A DNA stretch of 61,419 nt, counting the filler, from Choristocarpus tenellus KU-1152 (taxonomy: Eukaryota > Protista > Phaeophyceae): assembly GCA_964200185.2 (NCBI GenBank). It is 11 parts of 11 records of this genome, joined end to end, with 100 filler letters (N's around TTAATTAATTAA, not from the genome) between each part and the next. Parts side by side here need not be neighbours in the genome. Positions count along the whole stretch, not along the records: positions 20,534 to 25,446 come from CAXNAD020012558.1; positions 25,547 to 33,689 come from CAXNAD020005088.1; positions 33,790 to 37,149 come from CAXNAD020020549.1; positions 37,250 to 41,504 come from CAXNAD020015460.1; 7 more parts are not named here. One strand, written 5' to 3'. Below the pieces are notes generated by a model. It did no database searches, was not told the DNA's origin, and was given only the letters and a program-made list of their open reading frames with translations. The translations under genes and the position numbers were made by a program. Below, in pieces: positions 24,663 through 37,461 of this stretch. How positions within the stretch are numbered: the first letter of the stretch is position 1; each line of letters opens with the position of its first letter.

Positions 24663-25261
24663 TCTCATACTAACAAATGACTGTTACACAACTATTATTA
24701 CTTGTACTGCCTCCGTTTCTGGCTATTGTTTCTCACACGTTGGGTTCAGTACTCCCTCGAATCTTCACCTGGATCCAGGTCCAAGATTTTCACCTTGATG
24801 TTGGTCAGGCGTTTTTGTGGTATACCACAAACACGATATATTATTAATAGTGTAAGTGTACAATCCGTTGTGTTTGCCACATTGAATAGCGTCTTCGCTT
24901 AACCACTACTACTAATGAGCCTGGAGGACGCCCATCATACAGTAGTGGTAGAAGTGGGTCAAAACTGAGAGGCCTTATCCATACACCCATATTACTACTT
25001 ATGTTGTCCATACTATCTGGTTTTCTGTGGTTATGTTGTTGTATTCTTTACATGATATTTTCTCTTCTTCTCCGGTCTCTATTATTATTGTGCTTTTATT
25101 TTTTGTTGCCTTTTCTCCTTTATATTTCTTGATTTTCCTATTTGACAATCCCCCCAACATGTCACCGACATTGAAATAATATATCTCATGATAGGTGAAC
25201 ACAACTTGCCACAAAGTATTGACATCAAAGTCTGCAATAGTAAAACTTCATCCCCACATAA

Positions 25262-25446
25262 GAGTGAAAGTATCTTAGAGGGTACGGATTTTGCCCTGTT
25301 TGTCCATTTGGGGCTTGGCTTCCCATGGGTTCTCTTATGACATTTTCCTACTCCAAAATGTTTAGGAGTGGGGAAAGTGTATACGTCATGAAAAGGTGCG
25401 TCCAGAACATGGATATTGACACTTTCTAACGAACACGATAGCCAAA
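25262..25446 (+). mobile_element. MITE family A, truncated by contig end
   Basis: Starts GAGTGAAAGTATCTTAGAGGGTAC. Confidence 0.85.
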
Positions 25447-27106
25447 NNNNNNNNNNNNNNNNNNNNNNNNNNNNNNNNNNNNNNNNNNNNTTAATTAATT
25501 AANNNNNNNNNNNNNNNNNNNNNNNNNNNNNNNNNNNNNNNNNNNNGCAAGACACTGAGCACACAGCACCAACCCCCCCCCCCGCCCCACTGCGTTTGTT
25601 CCTCCAAATGCATGTTTCTAATTGACCCAACACTAGATCCGTGCGGCTGTGGCCGACTGCGGGGTATACCCTTCCCTGTGCACAATGCCTTCCAAGGAGG
25701 TGCCCCAGATTAGGGTATACCCTCACTCCCACGGTGACAAGGGCGATGACTGGAACACTCCATCTGTGTTTGATGCTGATAAGGTATAGTACAGTAGAGT
25801 ACAGGATGAGGTACAGTGTGTTATCTTGAACAATGAAGGGTACAGTTCAGTGCAGAAAAAGGTACAGTACTATTGGTGCAGTTTTGAATACAGCGTGTTA
25901 ATGTAACTAAAGGTACAGTGAATTTTGAAGCACAAATAGGGTACATTGCACCACTGACTGTTGCCAGGAATGTGTGAGGGGATAAGTTCTCTCACAGGTT
26001 GATACTGAAGTGTTATTTTTATATATAATTATCGTTTTGTGTGGGATTTGTTGGACTTGTGTATACTTTTGAGAATTACAAACTCAAATTAATATTGTGT
26101 GCTATGTAGTGCTACATAGTGCTATGTGTTACTCTTTAAAGTACTCCAGAGTGACCCAGATCACCACATCAAAAGTTATTCTGGAGTATTGTGTACCTGG
26201 GGGTAACAGGAAGACAGGTTCGGTCAAGTTGAATCATATATATTTTATTTGTTATATTTTTTTATTTTTTATATTTGTACAAATTCTACTTTTATTTTTT
26301 TTCTTCCTTGAATTTTACTTCTGATTTTGTAGGTAATCCATGCCATGTTGTTTCATCACTATACTTTATACCTTATTCTGATGGGTTGTGGATCAAACAA
26401 ACATTTTAGTATATATTATTTTTATTAGTCAACAAAACAATTATGATGCACTTGATTGGAAGTTTGTGAAATGCTCTGGGTGCCACAGAGCATTGCATCG
26501 CTTTCACAGGGAGAAAGGGGAGGGGGGAGGAAAATTGCACTACAAGGACTTTTTTAGCAAGGCAGAAGTTTTTAATGCAGAGAGAATCTCACTGAAGCTC
26601 TGATGTGAAGGTATTGATTATGATGCCACTTGTTGTTGACTTTTCACGTCTGAAGTATTTGATAGTAATGATTATTATGTTTGTTATCCTGTGTATATTT
26701 TATTATTATGTTTGTATATTATTATGTTTGTATATTTTTGCATCACCGTATCATTTATTTTATTATTTTTAGTACATGATTCGTATGCATGTTACGAATT
26801 AGTCATCTTTTTCCTTTCATTATTTTTAATACATAATTCCGATATATCGTACCAATTACTGCTCTTTCTTTTTGAAAAAAGAACTGATAGTTATCAATGG
26901 CCTAATCCTAGCATATACCCAAATCAGCCCTCTCTCAACCTCTCTATATTTTATCGTAACTCGCACTGATTTGTTATTATTATAATTATATTATTGTTAT
27001 TATTATTTGTTATATTATTATTATTCTATTATTATTATTTTTTGTTATTATTCTATTATTATTATTATATTATTGTTATTATTATTGACAAATAAAAAAC
27101 GTGAAG

Positions 27107-29934
27107 GTTTTGGACGCTGTGAAGGAGGCGGAGGAATCCTTACCGGACTTGGTGATGCAGATACCTGCTGGGGGAATGCGATCCCAGCAGGTTCAGGAAG
27201 CATTTGAGGGTTTCATGAGGCTACACTTCTCGAAGGTTGGGTTTACTCTTGGAATCAAAGTAACCTAGAATGATGTGTGTGTGTGTGTGTGTTTTGGGTG
27301 TTTTGTTTGAATTTATTTTGGGTATTTTCAGCTTTGTTTACACTAAGTTACACTACAGTTCAGACAAGGCGATGGGAGGGATGTTTGAAGAGAGGGTGAG
27401 AGAGTTCATTGCCCTCCAGCTCAATAAGTCAGTAGATACTCCCAAGTAGTCATTTTTTTGGTACTTTTTGAGTAGGTGTTGATACTTTTGATACTTTTGA
27501 TACTGAGTGTTAATTTTATTTGATACTTTTGAGTGTTGATAACTTTGATACTTGTGAGTGTTGATACTTTTTTAGTGCTCCCTTGTTGAGCTTCTTTGTC
27601 TGTGCCTCTAATTTTGTGTATCGATTGACCTCCAACAATGTTAGTGTTAGGGCTAGGGTTAGGGTTAGAGTTAGGGTTGGCGAGCTCTACAGCTGCACCC
27701 GATGCTGGTTTGAACTTATGACCGTGTCATGGCGTCCAAGGCCATCATGTAGTTTGTCCAAAACCCCGTGGGTCCATTCACCTCGTCTTAGGGTTAGGGT
27801 TAGGTCATCATTAGGTCATCTTTAGGTACAGTGGCATAGCTCGACCGAGCCGTGTCTGCTGTGGTTTCCATCAGAGCTAGCTCTCACTTCTTTTGTGTTT
27901 TTGAACTGGGGTCTTGCGACTGTTTGTGACTGTTTGTGACTGTTCCGGCCACTCTGGTTGGTGCCAGTTGAGGCAGTTGATGGCAACAACAGAGCGATCA
28001 CCACAGAACTGGCCTGTCATTGAAGATGAAGGATGATCCTTTCGTCTTCCTTGATCATCATGTGTAACTGTCATAACTGTCTCACGTGTAACTGTCGTAA
28101 CTGTCCTCTGGGTTCTTATTCCGCCATTACCATTAGTCTCTTTATCACCTTGTCTTGTTCCCCCCGCTGGCTGCAAGGGTTAGGGTTAGGGTATGTACAT
28201 GTTCATGCGAATTCTCTTTAGGGTTAGGGTTAGGTTTTGTACCTGTTCATGCGAATTCTCTTTAGGGTTAGGTTATGTACATGTTCATACGAATTCTCTT
28301 TAGGGTTAGGGTTAGGCTTTGTACATGTTCATGCAAATTCTCTTTAGGGTTAGGGTTAGGGTTTATTGACCTTGCGCTGCTTTGAGTTTTTTCTTGACCT
28401 TTGCGATGTGACCCAGTCTCTTGCAGAGCTGGCACCTGGTGGCTTCAGGTAGTCCTTGGCTTGGTGCTACAAGTGCAGCATAACCCTAACCCTACTTGTT
28501 TATCCGTTTCAAGTCACTACCGTCAATGCAATAGCTGTGTCAACCCTCACAGGCAGAATTGAACATCTGGCCTGCTTTGGATTTGCTGTAGTGTGTCCAT
28601 TGTCTTCTGTGCTGACCTACATGAACTACTCGACTCTCAGTCCCTTTGGGCATGTCTTGAGATATATTTGTTATTGTTATCATCGTTGTTGTTATTGTTA
28701 TTATTATTAGTATTGTTGTTATCATTGTTGTTGTTATTGTTATTAGTAGTAGTATTGTTGTTATCATTGTTGTTATTGTTATTAGTAGTAGTATTGTTGT
28801 TATCATTGTTGTTTTTATTATTAGTAGTAGTAGTATTGTTGTTATCATTGTTGTTTTTATTAGTAGTAGTAGTATTGTTGTTATCATTGTTGTTTTTATT
28901 ATTAGTAGTAGTATTGTTGTTATCATTGTTGTTTTCATTAGTAGTAGTAGTATTGTTGTTATCATTGTTGTTTTTATTATTAGTAGTAGTATTGTTGTTA
29001 TCATTGTTATTATTATTATTATTCTAATTTTTATCTGTTCTCCTACCATGGAAGTACTCCTGTTGAATGCATCACTATGTGTGTATGTGTTGGTCTTTGT
29101 GGAAGTGGTTGAAGAGCACGTGTACACTGGATGTTTAGAGAGTATTAATGTTGTTATTAATTTGTTATTAGTTTGTTATTAATGTTGTTATTAATGTTGT
29201 TATTAGTTTGTTATTAATGTTGTTATTAGTTTGTTATTAATTTGTTATTAATGTTGTAACTGTCAGTGCGTCTCCACTCGATGAATCTTTGCAAGATCCT
29301 CCAAAAACAAAAATACCCCCTCCCCCCCCCCCTCCTTCTTTCCACAACTTTTTGTTTCTTTTTTCCAGGAAAGTGGTGGGGCAATGGTGCTGTCTGTGCT
29401 CAGTAACCGTGAAGAACCCAACTTGCTGGTCAAGACCATTGCTGCAGAATTTGAGGGCTTAGGGGTTGCAGTCCTGTTTATCTCTCAGCCGCCCCAGGCA
29501 AGGCAAACAGATATAGGACTAATCATCGTTATTATATCTATTATCACCATTATTGTTATCACTATTATTTTTTTCACTACTATTTTTATTATTATTATTA
29601 TTGTTGCTATTGTTTCTATTATCGCATTCAGCAATTATAAAAATAATAATTTACGACTGCGATTATTAAATCGCCTTGAGAAAAGAAGGATTTTGATGAA
29701 TAAAATCGAGTACGGTTCAATGTAATTTGAGTACAATTGAATGTAATTTGAGTACAATTGAATGTAATTTGAGTACAATTGAATGTCATTTGAGTACGGT
29801 TGAACGCACGAGACTGTTCCATGTGTGAAACGAGCGAAAACGTTTTGCACCCTAGTATGATAATATGACCAAAACCCTAACCCTAACCCTAATGACACAT
29901 GTAACAAGTGTAATGTGACAACTGACGCATGTAA

Positions 29935-29982
<48 letters not shown>

Positions 29983-31768
29983 GAGGAAAATATACCAAAC
30001 CTACACTGTTCTCGCCGAGAGCAGATCCTAAGAGGTGAACAGCTAAATGTGTAGTAGTGGTTGTGGCAGTTACACCTTGTGATGAATAGTGTGTGGTTAT
30101 TTTGTGCCCTCGGACATATATGACACTTGAGGTTTGTATTGCGATTAGAGTTATTTTTTGTTAAGTATCTTAACTTCTGGTGATTAGAATTATTTTTTGT
30201 TGAATATCTTAACTTCTTGTGATTAGAATTATTTTTTGTTAAATATTTGAACTTTATCGGGCAAGATATTTTTCGACTTTGGAAAAGATTGGATTGAAGT
30301 TGTGAATCATTTGTTTTGATTCACACCGCTACAAACATTTTCACCTTAGGTAGGGGAGGGGAGGGCAGGGGAGGATATGTGTTGATGTTCTTGTTTTTGG
30401 AACTATCTTTTTATTATTATCATTTTTTGGGTAGTTTTGTTTTGAGTTTATCGATTTCTATATATTTTTATTTTGTTTAACAGTGTTTGGTGGTAGCAGA
30501 CGGTGGTTGTTGACAAGTCATCCCCATCAATTGTGTGAGGAAGGTATTTATACCATGCTGTACCCTTTTTAGTGTACCCTTTTTAGTGTGTCTTTCGAAG
30601 GGAAGCCGTAGAACCTCTCTGTAGGTGAACAGGGTTGGTGTAAATAAAATAGGAGAAGAATAACATATTAGATAAGTAATCAATGCCTCCCCAAGGTGTT
30701 GGAAATCCTCACTTTTGCTTCCAAGGAATGTTTTGATTTTTTTAATTTGTGTGCTTGTTGATCACACCAGAGTGAAAGTATCTTATTAAGAGAGGGTACG
30801 AGTTTTGACCTGTTTGTCTAATGTCCATTTGGGGCTTGGCTTCCCTCCGGGTTTTTTATGACATTTTCCTACTCCAAAATGTTTCTGAGTATGTAAAAGG
30901 TATACCTTATGAAAAGGTGTGTCGGGAACAAGGATATTAACATCTCTTAACAAACACAATAGCCAAAATTCCATCAAAATCGCAAGATTGAATTTTGACC
31001 CCAAATGGACACGGCTCTACCCTCTAAGATACTTTGACTCACCAGTCCTTCATAGTGATTGTTGGTTATTCATACCTACTCTAGTGATGCATATCGGGCT
31101 GGTAAGGTGTATTGTCTGGAATAGTTAGAAACGTCATGATGATATTATTAACTTTATTGCACTATCCTCAACTCTAATTTTTTATGAGTATATAACCTGA
31201 GTGTTGTTATATATATACCTTGATTGTTATATAGGGTGATACCGTGGCACTGACAACAAACTATTTTAAGACCATGTTGTTACACTGAATGAATGACCTG
31301 CACGTGCGTTTCTATAATTTAATTATTTTTTTTAAATACCTTAAAACATTAAAAGATTATTTTTTGTTATTGCTGTTGTGTGCGGAACGAGAAATTTTTC
31401 TGATGTGCCATGAACTATTAACATTACTGATGTGCCATGAACTGTTAAAATTACTGATGTGCCATGAACTGTTAACATTACTGATGTGCCATGAACTGTT
31501 AACATTACTGATGTGCCATGAACTGTTAACATTACTGATGTGCCATGAACTGTTAACATTACTGATGTGCCATCGTCTTGGTCAAACTATTTAAAATGTG
31601 ACCTCCTTGAACCGCACCTGCATCACTATGGGCTCCAAATGCCTCCCCCTTCTGCAGGAGCTAGTGGCGGGGATGGGGGTCAGGAAGCTGCCTGGGCTGG
31701 TGCTGATGACCCGAGCTCCGGATGAGATGAAACCTGCCCACCTTCAAGAGACCGGAGATGGAACACAG
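27107..31768 (+). CDS. Internal exons of a thioredoxin-fold / PDI-like protein (27107-27235, 29369-29497, 31658-31768, plus probable small exons)
   Basis: Phase-0 exons. The joined VLSNREEPNLLVKTIAAEFEGLGVAVLFISQPPQ|ELVAGMGVRKLPGLVLM resembles a non-catalytic thioredoxin-like b domain. Requires a GC donor at 29498. Confidence 0.55.
28176..28362. repeat. Tandem repeat (~36-42 bp x4) of (TTAGGG)2-3 plus TGTACATGTTCATGCGAATTCTCT
   Basis: Four directly visible units. Confidence 0.92.
28667..29022. repeat. Compound TAG/TGT/TAT microsatellite with a ~36-bp higher-order unit
   Basis: TAGTAGTAGTATTGTTGTTATCATTGTTGTTTTTAT repeated about 9 times. Confidence 0.92.
29145..29257. repeat. 11-12 bp minisatellite (TATTAATGTTGT)n
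   Basis: Visible tandem units. Confidence 0.85.
29719..29803. repeat. 21-bp minisatellite x4
   Basis: AATGTAATTTGAGTACAATTG units. Confidence 0.9.
29936..29979. repeat. (CA)n microsatellite
   Basis: About 22 dinucleotide units. Confidence 0.97.
30143..30255. repeat. ~39-bp tandem repeat x3
   Basis: GATTAGAATTATTTTTTGTT.AATATCTTAACTT units. Confidence 0.85.
30770..31040 (+). mobile_element. MITE family A, full length
   Basis: TIRs GAGTGAAAGTATCTT...GAGGGTA and TACCCTCTAAGATACTTTGACTC; ACCA on both flanks. Confidence 0.9.
31400..31573. repeat. 27-bp minisatellite x6.4
   Basis: CTGATGTGCCATGAACTGTTAACATTA, near-perfect units with no spacers. Confidence 0.96.
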
Positions 31769-33606
31769 GTATGCTGGTAGTATCTAGGTAGGCTACCTAT
31801 TGCATTGGGCACTGCAAAATAGATGGTCACAGAGTGTGTTTTGTGTGTTTGTTTGTGTGGTGTCATGCAGTACTATACACGCACGATTATTGATTATTGA
31901 TTATTGAGGTAGTAGTGTCGGTGTGCCTGTTGTGTGTCTGCGTAGGGTATTCCTTATTTTTTTGATCGAAAATATTTTGGAAAATTCCTTATTTTATTAT
32001 CACTATTTTGTTTGTGTTGCCTGCAGCATGTTAACACTTTTTTTTATGGTAGTTGTCTGTAAATACCCGCCTCTGGTTCATTCTTGAACTCCCTCTACCT
32101 AACCCTAACCCTAATGTCAACTATATTATTGAAATAATAATAATAATATAATAATAATTTTATATGCAGAGAGCTGTCATAACACTACCAGCAGTTACCA
32201 GCTTGGATACTTTGAAAGGATAAGGACAGTTTTTGCAGGACATAATCTATTGGCTCAATCTGACAGTTACATAGAATTTCTATTGGACATTTCCCATTGG
32301 CTCATTCTGGCAATTCCACGATTTTTCTATTGAACCTATCCCATTGGCTTAATCTGGCAGTTGCACAAATTTTCTATTTTTGCAAAGTTTTAGTTGTTTG
32401 TACCATACCTAGTGTTCTCCTTCATTATTATTGCTTGATTCAAAACCCAACCATGATGTGTTCTCCAACCTCCCCCTGGCCTTGAAGACGCACTACACCT
32501 ACAATCCCAAATTTTCTCACCATGTACTGCTATACGTGTATGGATATTCCTCAATACAGGAACACTTGATGACAGCTATATACACGACTCAGTATGGGCC
32601 ACTGGTACACCTAAATGTCAGAAACTTCATCATGTTCCACATGGGGTAAGTTCCCCCCCCCCCCTGTTTATATCTATCTAGTCATTGTGTGTGTGTGTGT
32701 GTGTGTTTTTCCCAATGAGTTGTACACACTATAAAAAATATATATTTTTGTTTTTATTTTATGTCTAGGACTGGATATAGGATTGCATACCAGTCAGTAC
32801 TATTTTTTTTTTATTGGTTTCGTTTTTTTATGTACCCCAGAGTATGTATGTACCTATATTATGTTACGTGCGCATACTATGTTTGTATTTGTGTGTGTAT
32901 GTTGGTATATATATTTATGTATGTTCTATCAATTTGGAAAAAAGAAATGTGAGGATGTAAGAGGTGTGTCAATTGTAGGTTGGTTAATTTTAGGTTGGTT
33001 TCCACACTGGTTAGTTTATTTTAGATAAGAATGTAAAACATAGCCTAGATGTCGACTAGATGAACCATAAGCATACAATCAAAGTGTCCTTACAATATAG
33101 TTTGGAATATACCAAAGCATTAGATCTGTATGCAGCTCCTATGATAGAAGAACTACGTAATAGTTGGAGGATCAGTATTGAGAGGACAAGACACATTACT
33201 GCGCACCCTGGATATGAGGCATCTTATCATCTTTCAGTAACAACTAATCACACCAAGAATACTAACATGTGGGCGTTTTCTTAGTGCCATGCAGCATGTC
33301 CCACTCCAAGAATAGTACACTTAAGGGATCAGTTGAAGGTTGAGAGTTCTAATAGCTGAAGGGTGTACCCTTTTTTTATTTTTGGCATTGTATACTTTAG
33401 TGTATACTTTATTGTATACCTATTTTTTTAAACCCTGTGCGATAATACCCCCTATTTTAATGCTTTACGTGCACAATAGAAGAACTGCTCTTACCCCCTC
33501 ACTCCATTCATGTTTGCTTCCATGACAAGGGATGGTCACCCCACCTGTTAGTTACGTTCTAACTCCAGTACACTACCGGTACACTACCAGAGGACTGAAG
33601 CGACAT

Positions 33607-33689
33607 GACCCAAACTATCTGTGGGGGGGGGGGGGGGGGGGGCTACACCAGGGTTGGACCAAAAACAGGAAACGTGCCTTTACATCATC
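33607..33689 (+). mobile_element. MITE family B, truncated by contig end
   Basis: GACCCAAACTATCTGTGGGG...GGCTACACCAGGGTTGGACCAAAA. Confidence 0.75.
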
Positions 33690-33789
33690 NNNNNNNNNNN
33701 NNNNNNNNNNNNNNNNNNNNNNNNNNNNNNNNNTTAATTAATTAANNNNNNNNNNNNNNNNNNNNNNNNNNNNNNNNNNNNNNNNNNNN

Positions 33790-34128
33790 GGGGCGTCTAC
33801 ACCAGGGTGTCCACTTGGACCAAAATCAGGAAAAGTGCATTTACATTAGGCTAAAAGTATCTGGGAGGGGGTAGCGGCTGTCCATTTAGGGTCATTTTTT
33901 TTCATGTCACTATTTTTGGGTGATTTGGTTGCATATATCGGATGGATACTATAAATGCCCTTTTCCTGATTATGGTAAAATGGACACCCTAGTATAGACC
34001 CCCCACCCCCTCCCAGATACTTTGGGTCTTATCCATCCAACATATGCAACCAAATCGCCCAAAACTCGTGACATAAAAAAATTAACCCGAAACAGACAGC
34101 CGCCACACACACCCAGATACTTTGAGCC
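33790..34128. mobile_element. Nested MITE family B: copy 33849-34028 inserted in opposite orientation inside another B copy
   Basis: The outer element's TTTACATTA|TCCATCC is interrupted by GGCTAAAAGTATCTGGG...CCCAGATACTTTGGGTC, with TTA duplicated. Confidence 0.85.
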
Positions 34129-35589
34129 AAACTGTGGGAATACAATATATATATATCATGTAGGGTAGTTAGTTTACGGATATTGCAGTCACTCACTATC
34201 AGTGAATGGTTTGAAGACAGGGATGTTCGGTAGAGGCATACTCATCATATAACTTGAAGTATTGTAGTACCTAGTACTATTCGTAGTAGATGATTTCTAG
34301 AGATAAACTCCCCATCAGTGGGTGTGGGTGTGAAGTTTGTAAACAGAAGACTGAATCCGGGAGATGGATGAGTCAGAGTTGTTGTGACGGTGTGTTCCTT
34401 GAGGTGGTAGTGATCCAGGCCAACCCTGCGTACAAAGTTTGCTCCTTGTGGAAGTTGATTAGAAGGTAGAGTAGGGGGGGTATTCCCGGATGTCAATCTA
34501 GTGCAGCTCTTGTTTCAGTCTGGATGGTGCTAGTCACATTTGTAAATGAGCATGCGGGGTCCTGTGCTCAATGAAAAACAAGGACAGCAGTCAGATGGCA
34601 CTGTGGTACTACCAATAGATCAACCTCGAGATGAGTGCTGAATGATACAACCTGTCTCGAATTATGCAGTCCTCTACCATAGTGGATAGACTCTGTATGA
34701 CCATTCCATACTGTGGTGAATACTCTCCCAAGCACATGACATGTGGATCATACATGACATATATATGGTGTGTAGATAGTATGAGTTACTCACAAGATAC
34801 ACCAAGAGACCGTGCAAGACCCCAACAGCAACAAAATCTGAGTCAATCATACTTGACGGCAAGTCTTCTCTATCAAGTGACCAAGTTCATGTCATTGTTT
34901 GTACCACTCACTCTGCTTTACTCCGTATGATGGAAGGGAGAAGATATATGTGGGTGGGGGTAGAATGAATTACGAGAGGATGAAATGCTGAACGCAGTAC
35001 TTGGTGGCTCTGCACTGGGTTCCTCGTTGGGTATGCACATCAGAAAATTAAGGTTGAAGTTGTCGCACTCTACTTTTCTTCAACCTATTTCAACCGTTAT
35101 TCTTTCTGTTGTTCCCCCTACATACTGCTGATTCCAAGCAATCCGATCTATAACTTCACATGTCTCGTGTACAAACATAAATATTATAGTATGAGCTTGT
35201 ATATGCATATATGTATGTATATATATATATATGTTCATATACACAACCTTTGCATGCTCGCATGTAATCCTTAAAGATCTCACCATTACGTACCTCACGA
35301 TAAATAACGCTTCCGTACATACACACTCAACCACCACAATTGTTGCTAGTGTATTACGGAAGGGTAGAAAGTGCTCACTTGGTGGTTCTTGCGCAATCAG
35401 TCTAGGTTTGAACCCATTGACTAGTGTTGGCAGCGATATAACCCTAACCCTATCAACTTCATCACCGATGATGCCTACAGGGGAAAAAAACTTGTCAATC
35501 TGGGTGTAAGTTCGACCCAAAGCTAGGATCTGTGTGATGTCCGCTGCCTTATTGGGACATGGAAGGCACATGGCTAACCTCGCAATAAC

Positions 35590-36170
35590 AGGGTAGACAT
35601 CCTGGGGTCTCCAAGACACAATGCTCATCACACTGCCATCAATGATCGTATCCCACACATGACATCCAAGTGCTACCCCACTCCCCATCTCTACCCTTCC
35701 TCTCACAATGAATTGTCATCATACCTTCCTTCATGCCAACCAAGTCCTTGGAGATATAGCCGGGTCAGAGTTGAACTACTTGACTGCTGTGCAAATCAAC
35801 GCAGGGGAAATGTCGAACAGGATAGGGGCAAGATCACACCCTTGCCGAGGGCATTGCCTGACCTAAGCCCAAGCATATACGTAAACTGTCCACTGTTACA
35901 CATCAGAGGCACAAACTATGCAGTTCCTCACGGGATACACTCTCCTGTTCCAGGCAACCTTTGTAGACCTGTCATGCAACAACCCTTGAAAACCACTTCG
36001 CCAGTTTGCCCCACCAATAAGACGCCGCTGTAGATATCAGAATCCGGTCCAATCCAGTCCATCTTCTGAAGAACTTTGACCAATAAGACACCTGCATCTT
36101 GCTTAAACATGTTTGTGGCACATCTTCCTGTTTCTTTGTTTCCCCCCTCCCAAAATTAGCCAACTGTCCT
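35590..36170 (-). mobile_element. Decayed non-LTR retrotransposon reverse transcriptase fragment (RTE-like)
   Basis: Frameshifted YSGVLLVGQTGEVVFK, then PRQGCDLAPILFDI (cf. LRQGCVLAPxLFNI), then a degraded YADD region (VWDTIIDGSVMSIVS). Confidence 0.6.
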
Positions 36171-36984
36171 ACAACTCGGGGGATCTACTTGCCACATATC
36201 CTGTTCAGTTGACAATCAACCTTCAGGCAGCACATATCACCAAGGCCTCTGCTTCATAACCCCCCCCCCACACACACACAAATTTTCATAGACCATAGTG
36301 TGTACATCGACTGCTAGTGCACGTTCGGTGAGCACAGACGCACGTAACTGTGCATCTGTCTATCAAGTCAATTCTCCTTCACCCTTGGCAATACTGGCAA
36401 GCCACGCTGATTGCCTACATCAGTAGCGTATAACACACAAGCATGTTTAGAGTCATTTCACGGTATGATCAGCAAGCACAACAACAACAGTAGGGTCAGT
36501 TCAGTTTAATGCAACTCAATAACGCCTTCCATTGTTCCTAGACAGTGCAGCACACCACAACCAAATTTTCAAATAGACCACCAGCACCATAGCCATCATT
36601 TTTATTATTTATCTCAACAAGCATACAATAAAAAAAACTAGGGAGAGCAGATGGAGGGTACAAAAAAGGGGATCTACCACTCTGCAGTCTGCATGATGCG
36701 TCCTTAACTTAATACAATAGACACCAATAAAAAAAAAAAACATTTACGATGGTAGTAGCACTACAAACAATACAAATTGCTCTAGAGCACTGCTCCAGAG
36801 CAGTCCGCAAACACAGTCATACATGACAGATGCAACAGGTGTTGATACATCGACTCAATGCAAGAAAAAACAAAAATCTCCAACCGTAGCAACATTCTCG
36901 AAAATCTCACAAAACTTGGACTATCGTAGACGAGTAGGCAGGCAATGCCTTCCCAAGGCATAGAAAGTCAACTCGAACGCAACA

Positions 36985-37089
36985 CTAGTTTGCTGTTGAC
37001 TGCGGAGGCATCTTACTGGGAACCCATCCATCAAAACCCTCAGGCTTTTCCCACTGGGTTACATTTGAACCAGAATGCCAGTAGTAAAC
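36985..37089 (-). CDS. Terminal exon of a WW-domain protein
   Basis: AAG|VYYWHSGSNVTQWEKPEGFDGWVPSKMPPQSTAN*. YYW...TQWEKP is the C-terminal half of a WW domain. Confidence 0.75.
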   Translation of the reverse strand, partial: VYYWHSGSNVTQWEKPEGFDGWVPSKMPPQSTAN

Positions 37090-37381
37090 CTTCAGTCAAC
37101 ATAACATGGTGAAGGGGTGGCAGAGAGCAGGGGGAGGAGTGCACCGGGGNNNNNNNNNNNNNNNNNNNNNNNNNNNNNNNNNNNNNNNNNNNNTTAATTA
37201 ATTAANNNNNNNNNNNNNNNNNNNNNNNNNNNNNNNNNNNNNNNNNNNNCTTAAAAAGTGCCGAAACATTTCCGAAAAAGGTCATAAAAGGGGCCCTTCC
37301 AAGTGCAAATACAGTCGCAAAAAAAAACCTTTCGATATTTTTTTAAGACCGTTTTCGCAGAACAATCATCCTCATAGCCCC

Positions 37382-37461
37382 GCTCCATCCTCAATTTTGA
37401 AAATCCTCTGTTAGATGTCACACATCAAAGAACAGCCGATTTCAAAAATTGAGGATGGAGC
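37382..37461. repeat. Inverted repeat within a dispersed repeat (related sequence at ~46788-46850)
   Basis: GCTCCATCCTCAATTTTGAAAATC ... GATTTCAAAAATTGAGGATGGAGC. TCAAGACGTGAC.ACAAAGAGAA is shared with ~46805. Confidence 0.75.

Noticed and set aside
28176-28362. Repeat-spacer array or true chromosome end
   Set aside because: The intervening segments are near-identical rather than unique spacers, and the tracts are short and internal to a gene.
28540-29127. 195-aa and 144-aa I/T/L/V-rich ORFs as membrane proteins
   Set aside because: They are translations of a trinucleotide satellite.
31400-31573. 27-bp repeats as a CRISPR array, or the LLMCHELLT ORF as a protein
   Set aside because: The units are head-to-tail with no spacers, there are no cas genes, and the site is intronic. 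The ORF follows from a unit length divisible by three.
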